Below are positions 56,125 through 64,000 of a stretch of 64,000 bases of DNA, in pieces. A program made the translations under genes and the position numbers. The notes beneath the pieces were generated by a model. That model saw nothing but the letters and a program-made list of their open reading frames with translations. It did no database searches and was not told the origin of the DNA. The stretch lies in the NCBI GenBank assembly GCA_002336815.1, contig DDEU01000078.1, positions 11,474 to 75,473 on the forward strand. The letters run 5' to 3'. Origin of the DNA: Chitinophagaceae bacterium UBA1946 (GTDB taxonomy: Bacteria; Bacteroidota; Bacteroidia; Chitinophagales; Chitinophagaceae). Positions within the stretch are counted from its first letter, which is position 1. The number at the start of each line of letters is the position of its first letter.

Positions 56125-57489
56125 TCAATGAAGTTCCTGTATTTTAATACTGCGGAATGAAACGGCGTTGCCATGATCCTGCAGTAGTATATGTCCCTTT
56201 TCTGCCATGCCAAAATTTGGCCACACTGCATACTTGCTTCTTGCAACCAGTGCGTAAAAGTAAGGAGCGCCACGCTGGTATTCAAGCAGTTTCCATCCAT
56301 TGAGCCAATGCTCCACACGATTATCAGGATATACGATCAATATGCCCCGGTTCCATTCGCCTACAGGCCTTCTTGCACGGGGTTCTTTTAGAGAGGGGAT
56401 CAAATCGTACAGTGATGCCAGTGTGCGGTTGCCTACCACGCCAAGTTTTGCATCGGGATGTTTGTCATCATCGAGGAGTTGATATTCTAACCCGATCGCA
56501 GAACCTTTTGCTGTATCTTTTTCTGTTACAAAATATTTTACGCCGCTGTTGGCGCCTTCCGTTAATTTAAAATCAAACTGCAGTATAAAAGCGCTGTATT
56601 GATTGATGGTAATGATATCGCCTCCGTTGGTAGATTCTGCACCAGAAGAAGGCAGTACGCTCAGCACACCGTCCTTTATCTCCCAGCCTTTGTCGGGAAA
56701 CTTATCTTTATAGGCGCCTCTCCATCCATTACTGGTAGCGCCATCCCACAACAACGACACTCCGTTCTTTTTTTCAGCGGGTGAAAGTTGGTTGGGCAAC
56801 ATGTTCACTACAAAGAGTTTATTATGAGGAGCAGGCTTCAGATCTTTTGTTTGGATACGGATATTGCGCCAGCGGATCTCTTTGCCTGCATCGCCTGCCG
56901 TGTTGATGGCATGCACCTGTAATGCTATAAAACCTTTTGGTGTAAGATCATCTATTAAGTATGCGGCAGGGATGCCGTTTATCCATGTTCGGATATCGTT
57001 GCCGACACATTCTATTCTTGCCTTGTTCCATTGATGTTGCCGGAACGCAGTTTTCGCAGCGGGGTTCAGATCGAGGGGATAGAGCCAGTCCCTTCTTGCT
57101 TCATCGTAAATACCCGCCGTCCAGCCTCTTTTGGAAGGGTCGATTTCGTACTGGTAGCCATGCACCCTTCCATCTTTGTATTCCGCCTTGCTTTCACTGC
57201 GAAACTGCACACCGGAATTCATGGTACTGTCAACTTTAAATTCAAACTCCAGGATGAAATCACCGTACACATTTTTGGTGGCGAGGAAGGAGTTGGGTTC
57301 ACCAGCGATCGTGGTACCAACGATCTCTCCGTTCTTAACAGCGTAATGCGCTTTGCCATTCAGTTGCGTCCAGCCATCCAGGTTTTTCCCATTGAACAAT
57401 TGCTGCCATTCGTGATTGGATTGAGCCTTTGTTTGAATTGGAATAAAAAAGAGGAACAGGGAAGTAATAGCGAAGAAAGAATGTTTCAT
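56125..57489 (-). CDS. Tandem DUF1080 (3-keto-disaccharide hydrolase-like) periplasmic protein
   Basis: Two domains [10 protein letters not shown]...NSGVQFR...GFIALQVH and LWDG...NSGVKY...GHILLQDHG. Likely start MKHSFF 57489. Confidence 0.9.
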   Translation of the reverse strand: MKHSFFAITSLFLFFIPIQTKAQSNHEWQQLFNGKNLDGWTQLNGKAHYAVKNGEIVGTTIAGEPNSFLATKNVYGDFILEFEFKVDSTMNSGVQFRSESKAEYKDGRVHGYQYEIDPSKRGWTAGIYDEARRDWLYPLDLNPAAKTAFRQHQWNKARIECVGNDIRTWINGIPAAYLIDDLTPKGFIALQVHAINTAGDAGKEIRWRNIRIQTKDLKPAPHNKLFVVNMLPNQLSPAEKKNGVSLLWDGATSNGWRGAYKDKFPDKGWEIKDGVLSVLPSSGAESTNGGDIITINQYSAFILQFDFKLTEGANSGVKYFVTEKDTAKGSAIGLEYQLLDDDKHPDAKLGVVGNRTLASLYDLIPSLKEPRARRPVGEWNRGILIVYPDNRVEHWLNGWKLLEYQRGAPYFYALVARSKYAVWPNFGMAEKGHILLQDHGNAVSFRSIKIQELH

Positions 57490-57801
57490 ATATGTATGGC
57501 ATTGAAATTTCAGAACGGCTGTGTGAATATGTAAGGTATACAAAATCTATAAAATAATCTCAGCTATAGGAACGATGCAAATGCAAATGGAAAATATGTT
57601 AACTGTCATTAACTAAATACCTGTCCTTTCAATTCCATTTATCGCCTTTGTTTGGGAAAAAAACTTCCCGTAAAACAAGCGCTGGCTGCTTAAAAAACCG
57701 GTGGCTTGTTTTTTGTTTTTATTGGCACATAACCAGGCTAAGCATTTAACAGCACCTGGAAATTATTTAAACAACATTTTCAAAAAAGTAAATTTAAAAC
57801 T

Positions 57802-58392
57802 ATGAAAAAAGTGATCGGATTAATGACCAGTATCTTTGTTACCGGCATTGCAGTGGCGCAGGTAGATACAATTCCACCGGCACCCAACAAGATGGATACA
57901 TCCATGAGAAGGACAGATACCATGATGCAGGAAATCCCTAAGGATAGTAGCCTGGGCAAATGGAAAGGCGATACGACGAATGCACACCAAGGGATGAATG
58001 ACAGTGCAGGGCAGCGTAAATGGAATACGCAGGATTCTGCTGCCTATCCATCAAATGGCAATCGTCAGCCTGTTGCCGACAGCAGTTATAACAACAATAA
58101 ACCAGTGGCTGTTGATACTGCTAAGGCAGAAAAATTATCAGACAGGGTGATGATGAGAGACGGTGAAATGTTCATCATTGAAAATGGCGACGAAAGAAAA
58201 CTTGATAAAGAATTTACCTTCCCTTCCGGCCTGGTAGTAACTTCTGATGGATTGGTAAAAAAGAAAGATGGCACCTCCGTTAAATTAAAAGACGGGCAAT
58301 ACCTGGAAATAAAACCAATGCCTGTTAAAAAAGAAAAGATGCCGGCCAAAAAAGCACCCGTAAAAAAAGCGCCTGTTAAAAAGAATAAATAA
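57802..58392 (+). CDS. Exported low-complexity protein with C-terminal DUF6799-like domain
   Basis: Signal peptide, DT/DS-rich region, VMMRDGEM....G..V..DG.V..KDG....LKDG, Lys-rich tail. Confidence 0.8.
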   Translation: MKKVIGLMTSIFVTGIAVAQVDTIPPAPNKMDTSMRRTDTMMQEIPKDSSLGKWKGDTTNAHQGMNDSAGQRKWNTQDSAAYPSNGNRQPVADSSYNNNKPVAVDTAKAEKLSDRVMMRDGEMFIIENGDERKLDKEFTFPSGLVVTSDGLVKKKDGTSVKLKDGQYLEIKPMPVKKEKMPAKKAPVKKAPVKKNK

Positions 58393-58411
58393 CAACAGCG
58401 TTGTTTAAATG

Positions 58412-58465
58412 AAGGGCAGGTTTTATAACTCCTGTGAAAACACGGTTTTATAGAGCCTGTCTTTT
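58412..58465. terminator. Hairpin terminator between convergent genes
   Basis: aagggcaggttttata / tatagagcctgtcttt. Confidence 0.7.
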
Positions 58466-58479
58466 ATTTTAGATGCTTG

Positions 58480-59538
58480 TCAATCCCGGGTTGCTGAAAC
58501 TGTTCCTTTTTCAGTGCCTTCAAGGTAGGGCGTATGGTACTTCCTGTAAAATTCTTTCCTGTCGTCGTGATAACTGCTGACGGCCCCAACGGTGTGTAAT
58601 AGTTTTACGTAACACCAGGCAAGATCAAGCTGGTAGGGTAAAAAACCAGAACGGGCACTTTTCGGGTACAGGTGATGGTTATTGTGCCATTCTCCTGCCA
58701 CATACCCGGGCCATACCTGGTTGATCGACATGTCGTTGCGGTTATGATCAATTCCATCCTGTCTCAGGTCTTTTCCTTTTCCATGTCCTTCATAGTTGAA
58801 AGTGCGTACGCCCACAGCCCAGATAAATGAGCCGGCAAATAGCGCACATACCAGCCCCATTCCACCAATAAGATAAAACACGCCGATCCAAAAACTCCAG
58901 TTCACGATCCAATTAATAATGCTCGATACCGGCGATGCATAAGATCCCCATTTTTGATATGCTTTGTAATTGTTTCCGCTGATACCGCTATGCTTCATCA
59001 AGGTTTCTACGTGATGATAATCTTTTTCAGAAAGATCCTTTGCGATAGGCTGGTGGTTCACATCGGCCAAAAAGCAATACAGGAAGCCACCCTCTGCAAA
59101 GTAAGGATCGCCCGGTTCATCGCTTTTGGCATGGTGTACATGATGCGATACTACGTAGATCTCTTCCGGGATAATACTAAGTACCAAATTTTTAGTGAAG
59201 AATTTCCACCAGGCGTTCTTAAAAGTATAAGCGCCGTGGGTGCAATACCGGTGGTACCAGATAGTGCCGTGGGTTCCCATCAGGATCATACCATACACAA
59301 ATCCGGCTGCCAGCAGAGGAAAGCTGAAATAGTTGGTAACAAATAAAACAAAAAAGGGAAAAAGGCAAAGCACTTTTAGCCAACTGAAAAAGGGAAGCCA
59401 GTTCTTTTTGTCGTTGAAAACATTCAGTCTTTTGAAAAATTCTTTTAAGATCATTGATGCAGAAGGTTTGCTAAAATTACCTGAAGCATCTCTCCACCCA
59501 TAAGAAGGTGGTTGCAGCACATCGTCTAAAAAAGCCAT
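58480..59538 (-). CDS. Membrane fatty-acid (acyl-CoA delta-9-like) desaturase
   Basis: His boxes HRYCTH, HHVHH, HNNHH; TM segments. Confidence 0.9.
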   Translation of the reverse strand: MAFLDDVLQPPSYGWRDASGNFSKPSASMILKEFFKRLNVFNDKKNWLPFFSWLKVLCLFPFFVLFVTNYFSFPLLAAGFVYGMILMGTHGTIWYHRYCTHGAYTFKNAWWKFFTKNLVLSIIPEEIYVVSHHVHHAKSDEPGDPYFAEGGFLYCFLADVNHQPIAKDLSEKDYHHVETLMKHSGISGNNYKAYQKWGSYASPVSSIINWIVNWSFWIGVFYLIGGMGLVCALFAGSFIWAVGVRTFNYEGHGKGKDLRQDGIDHNRNDMSINQVWPGYVAGEWHNNHHLYPKSARSGFLPYQLDLAWCYVKLLHTVGAVSSYHDDRKEFYRKYHTPYLEGTEKGTVSATRD

Positions 59539-60226
59539 TGGATTCTAAATGAGGAATGTTCTAATGAAGGATATTCCTCACCAGGCTTTCAAGATAGGCT
59601 TTTAAATCCATTCGTTTTCAAATTGTTTAAACTCCTGAACCGCAGCGGTATTCAATAATGGCTTATATGCAAACTTTAACGGAAATTATGTAACAGAAAA
59701 GAAACAGGCAGTAACAAAAGCAATCAAACCTTTCACATTGAACAAGTTGAATGGGAAAGATTTGATTGCGCTCTCCTGCAATACTTTGTAAGTGGAATCT
59801 TGCACGGAGTTTTGATGTGGCCTCTTAAAATAGTTACTGGAGCGGTTGAATGGTACCCAGTTTTGTTTCTCCATGCCTCTTAACAATAATGTTGCTGACC
59901 AGCTGTTCCTGTATCCATTGACTCCCCGTGGATGTTCAGCATTGATCGGGATTAGAGTTGCCTGTTCGCTGGCCATTTTACGAAATGCCTGTAGATGGTA
60001 TTCTACGCAGCCCGGTAGAACGAATGCTGGTAAAGGGTTTCAAGGCATGCTGCTTTTTTATGCCGTTTTTTTTATTTGTAATAATGCCTGCTGCGCCACG
60101 TTCCCTTAGCAGGTGCCCCGATGCAATTGCTGGCGATTGTATTTTGATGCAATCACAAAAGCAGCAACTGTCGCAGGCCACCCGTTATCTAAATCTTATC
60201 CATCAAACAGTCTTTAAACAGCAACT

Positions 60227-63200
60227 ATGAAACAGTTTAACCCCCTTCGAAAAGCAGGCAACCCAAATGATCATCCAAAGTCCGCAATGCAACTTTTTAA
60301 ACTTGCCCTGCTGATCTTTTTTGTGATGGGCATGGGTATTGCCGCACAATGTCAAACAACCATTACCGCCGTTCAACCAGGCATGTGGAATGATCCCGAC
60401 ACCTGGGATGCAGGAGCTGTGCCTTCTGCCATTGATGATGTGGTGATCTCCAACGGTATCACCGTACAGGTAAATTCAACCGGTGAAGCATGTAATGCCA
60501 TGGTGATCGGGATGGGCGACGGATCGGGCAGCGGTACGCTTTCTTTTTCAGGTACTTCTTCACTAACGGTAACGGGTACCATACTATTAGGAGACATCAA
60601 TGGCGCCACCGGAACCATCTCAATGGATGCAGATGCTTCACTCACCTGCGCTGTAATTGAAGAGGCTGATCCTTTGTACAGCGGTATCTATGAAACCAAT
60701 GCAGGCCGCATGATCTTTACCGGCACTTTCACATTGCCTTATAATCTTTTCCAGTTTCACGACCTCGTAGTAGATGGAGGAACACTCAGTACCGGGGGCA
60801 GGAATCTTCCTATTGAGGGAGATCTCAGCATCAATGCCGGCGCAACGCTTGATCTTGGTGTAAACACCGCTAACCGCAATACGATCGCCGGAACTTTTAC
60901 CGTAGAGGATGGTGGTACGCTCAGGATCGGCGGAGGCGGAACCATTCCGGCAAATTTTAGTACGCATGTAATTGGTGCAACCAGCACGATAGAATATTAT
61001 GGGGTAGCCCAGACCGTTGCCACCCTTAATTCTTCACAGAGTTACGGTTCGTTGATCATTTCCGGTTCAGGATTAAAAGAGGTGAATGGCAGTATTGGTA
61101 TTTCAAGAGATTTAACTGTGAATGCAGGGATATTCAGCGTAAATACTTTTACCGCCAACCGCAACAGCGCAGGAGGAACCTTAACGGTGGCCAATGGCGC
61201 TACGCTCCGCATCGCCGGCAGCGGAACCCTTCCTTCAAATTTTTCCACGCATGTAATAGGAGCGAGCAGCACCATCGAATACAGCGGCACTTCAGCACAA
61301 AATATTGCTGTATTGAATTCTTCACAGAAATACGGCAACCTCAATGTGTACAATTCTTTTAAAACCCTTTCCGGGAATATTACCGTTGCAGGTACCATCA
61401 GTTTTGGAGGTACACCAAACAAGTTGATCATCGGCAGCAACACACTTACCCTGGAAGGACAAATATCCGGTTCATTGACCGGCTCAAGAAACTTTAGTGG
61501 ATCATCTTCCAGCAATATGGTGATCAACGGGGCGTTCAGCCGTACGCTTTTCTTTGATGCAACAACCATTGGCACTACCAATGTATTGAACAATCTTACG
61601 ATCAACCACACCGGTAATATCTCAACACTGGGCAACGACCTGGTGATCAACAACGACCTTAGCTTTACAGCAGGCAAATTATCCCTTGCAGCAAGAACCC
61701 TTACACTTAAAGGCAACCTGGTTAACACCGTTGCCGGTGGATTGCGGGGCAGCAGCAGTAGTAAACTGGTCTTTAACGGCAGTGTGAGCCCTGTACTTTC
61801 AATGGATCCAACTACACCGGGTACCACAAATGCGCTGAGTACATTACAGATCAACAGCAGCGGGCAAACTGTTACCATGGGCAATGATCTCGTGATGAGC
61901 AGCACGCTGACTTTTACAGCAGGCAGGTTGTCGATCAATGGAAATACACTTACCCTTAAAGGACTTGTCACCAACACGGTCGCAGGCGGCATCACAGCCG
62001 GAAGTACCAGCAACCTGGTGGTAAACGGCACCGTTAGTCCTTCCCTTTCTTTCGATCAAACAACACCCGGCACAACAAATGTCATCAATAATTTTACAGT
62101 AAACAGCACCGGACAAACCGTTACACTGCTCAATGCACTTCGGCTAACGGGTACGCATACACCTACAGCAGGCGTACTGGCATCTGCCGGAAATTATACC
62201 ATTGCTTCTACGGCATCTTCTACAGCCAATATTGCAGCAGGCAGCACCAGCGGTGGATATATAACCGGAGATGTAACTGTGGAAAGGTACATTCCACAAA
62301 ATACCAACCGGGCATGGCGATTGCTTGCCAGCCCTACAAACGGGCAAACGATCCATGAAGCATGGCAGGAAAACCAGTCTGCCGGTTCAAACGGCAACGC
62401 CGGTTATGGCACCAATATCACGTCAAGAGATGCCTCCTGGTCGGCCAACGGTTTCGATTATCAAACGCCCAATTATTCATTGTATTCCTATGATGCAGCC
62501 AGCGATGACCTGTTGCCGGTGCTTTCCACTTCAGGCGCTATTTCAAATGAAGCTGGCTATTTTATTTATATCAGGGGTGGCCGCAGTGTTACGCCTTCTT
62601 CCAGTATCACATCTGTTAATTCCACCACGCTGCGAACCAAAGGCAGTTTATACACTGGCAACAGGCCTGCTGTAAATGTTTCAGCAGATAAATTCGCCAT
62701 GGTGGGAAATCCTTTTGCATCAGCGATCGATTTGAGGAATGTGGCTACCAGCGGCGGTTGTACAGGTACCTCCTTTTACGTATGGGATCCAAAGTTGCTG
62801 GGCTCTTATAATCTTGGTGCCTTTCAAACATTGACCCCGAGTGGCGGCAACTATATTGTAACACCCGGTGGTGGCAGTTTTGGGACAAGCGGCAGCGTTA
62901 CCAATACCATACAATCAGGTGCAGCTTTTTTGGTACAGGCAACGGGCAGCGGAGGTACTATTACCATCAATGAAAGCAGCAAGGCCAGCGGAAGCAACAT
63001 GGTTTTTCGCCCGGCTGGCATTAACGCAGATAAAAATCTCTTTATTAATTTATATGCGGTGGTGGGTGCAGAAAAAAATCTTGCTGATGGTAATATGCTG
63101 TTCTTTAATAATGGCTACAGCAGTTCCGTTGACGGGCAGGACAGTCGTAAGCAGATTAATTTTGGTGAAAATTTCAGCATCCTCAATAATAACACAGAAT

Positions 63201-64000
63201 TGGTTGTTGACAGAAGGTCAATACCGGCAGTGAATGATACCATCCAGTTCGCCATGTATGGTATGAAGACAATGACGTACCAACTGCAGGTATTTGGCGA
63301 GCCGTTGACAGATGGTTCACCAATGGCATTCCTGCAGGACGGGTATCTTCACACCGAAACTTTTATCAATCCCGCTGATACGCTCAGCTATACATTTACT
63401 GTAGACGCCAATGCAGGCTCTGTTGCTGAAAATCGCTTTCGCATTGTGTTTAAAACACCAGGAATATTACCGGTAGCCGTGACTTCAATAAAGGCATACG
63501 AACAGGCGGATGCAATAGCAGTGGAATGGAAGATGACCAATCAAATAAATGTTGCGTCTTATAAAGTGCAGCGTTCGGCCAATGGCAAAGATTTTACTAC
63601 AATTGGTGCGGTGGAGGCAGTGAACAGCGGAGCATACAAATGGCTTGATCATTCGCCGTTAGCCGGAGTGAACTATTATCGCATTCAATCCGTGGATCAT
63701 AAGGCAACTGGTACTTACAGCCAGGTTGTAAGAGTGATAAGGAGCAGCGCTGCGCCGGTGGTAACGGTGTCGCCTAACCCGGTAGAGGGAAAGATGATGC
63801 ACCTTCAATTTATTAACCAGCCGGAAGGAAACTACCAGGTAAGACTGGTCAACAATGGCGGACAGGTAGTGTATCAAAAAACACTGGCACATGTTGGTGG
63901 CAGCAGTGTGCAAACGCTCAGCCTGCCTTCACAATTGCCGGGTGGCACTTACCAGCTTGGGCTGCAGCTTGCTGCCGGAAAAGGCAGTGTGCAGCAGATC
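60227..64000 (+). CDS. Large secreted beta-helix-repeat protein with T9SS type A CTD (3' end outside window)
   Basis: ATG 60227; W..PDTW....VP N-cap; internal repeats; VERYIP...WRLLASP, GNPFASAID, LPV...W......Y..QRS..G..F, VSPNP...LPGGTYQL; the last codon at 64000 is in frame with the start. Confidence 0.88.
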   Translation, partial: MKQFNPLRKAGNPNDHPKSAMQLFKLALLIFFVMGMGIAAQCQTTITAVQPGMWNDPDTWDAGAVPSAIDDVVISNGITVQVNSTGEACNAMVIGMGDGSGSGTLSFSGTSSLTVTGTILLGDINGATGTISMDADASLTCAVIEEADPLYSGIYETNAGRMIFTGTFTLPYNLFQFHDLVVDGGTLSTGGRNLPIEGDLSINAGATLDLGVNTANRNTIAGTFTVEDGGTLRIGGGGTIPANFSTHVIGATSTIEYYGVAQTVATLNSSQSYGSLIISGSGLKEVNGSIGISRDLTVNAGIFSVNTFTANRNSAGGTLTVANGATLRIAGSGTLPSNFSTHVIGASSTIEYSGTSAQNIAVLNSSQKYGNLNVYNSFKTLSGNITVAGTISFGGTPNKLIIGSNTLTLEGQISGSLTGSRNFSGSSSSNMVINGAFSRTLFFDATTIGTTNVLNNLTINHTGNISTLGNDLVINNDLSFTAGKLSLAARTLTLKGNLVNTVAGGLRGSSSSKLVFNGSVSPVLSMDPTTPGTTNALSTLQINSSGQTVTMGNDLVMSSTLTFTAGRLSINGNTLTLKGLVTNTVAGGITAGSTSNLVVNGTVSPSLSFDQTTPGTTNVINNFTVNSTGQTVTLLNALRLTGTHTPTAGVLASAGNYTIASTASSTANIAAGSTSGGYITGDVTVERYIPQNTNRAWRLLASPTNGQTIHEAWQENQSAGSNGNAGYGTNITSRDASWSANGFDYQTPNYSLYSYDAASDDLLPVLSTSGAISNEAGYFIYIRGGRSVTPSSSITSVNSTTLRTKGSLYTGNRPAVNVSADKFAMVGNPFASAIDLRNVATSGGCTGTSFYVWDPKLLGSYNLGAFQTLTPSGGNYIVTPGGGSFGTSGSVTNTIQSGAAFLVQATGSGGTITINESSKASGSNMVFRPAGINADKNLFINLYAVVGAEKNLADGNMLFFNNGYSSSVDGQDSRKQINFGENFSILNNNTELVVDRRSIPAVNDTIQFAMYGMKTMTYQLQVFGEPLTDGSPMAFLQDGYLHTETFINPADTLSYTFTVDANAGSVAENRFRIVFKTPGILPVAVTSIKAYEQADAIAVEWKMTNQINVASYKVQRSANGKDFTTIGAVEAVNSGAYKWLDHSPLAGVNYYRIQSVDHKATGTYSQVVRVIRSSAAPVVTVSPNPVEGKMMHLQFINQPEGNYQVRLVNNGGQVVYQKTLAHVGGSSVQTLSLPSQLPGGTYQLGLQLAAGKGSVQQI

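Noticed and set aside
59540-60226. Riboswitch/ncRNA or coding ORFs in the long gap before the giant protein
   Set aside because: No recognisable riboswitch consensus; overlapping short ORFs on both strands look spurious; an Rfam search would be needed
61042-62031. 329-aa minus-strand ORF and other long antisense ORFs across the window (e.g. 21672-22331, 24362-24940, 37267-37806)
   Set aside because: Shadow frames opposite well-supported genes, expected from codon bias in Thr/Gly/Asn-rich or conserved coding sequence

Overview
Bacterial chromosomal region; gene content (T9SS cargo proteins, a GldM-like domain, AT-rich translation starts, TAnnTTTG promoter boxes) points to Bacteroidota, probably Chitinophagaceae (inference, not a database result). 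I see no rRNA, tRNA, CRISPR array, integrase or transposase. Main blocks: (1) a urate-to-ureidoglycolate catabolic cluster (puuD divergent from allB-alc-uraD-uraH) ending in an uncharacterised CitE/malate-synthase-like TIM-barrel gene where a ureidoglycolate lyase or glyoxylate enzyme is expected; (2) a repeat-dense 11.4-12.8 kb stretch with an AT-rich gene between two ~147-bp palindromic direct repeats, followed by a REP-like mosaic; (3) many secreted proteins, four of which end in a related ~70-aa Trp-rich C-terminal module instead of a canonical T9SS CTD, the best candidate here for an undescribed sorting or docking system; (4) a tyrosinase-VWA fusion, a stand-alone GldM C-terminal-like protein, a cyanophycinase with a signal peptide, two orphan sensor kinases, cbpA-cbpM, an M16 peptidase pair, ahpC-thioredoxin, a Gfo/Idh/MocA + DUF1080 pair and a desaturase. 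Two genes have single-base homopolymer frameshifts that may be assembly errors. Both terminal genes run off the window. Family assignments come from motif recognition by eye; no searches were run.
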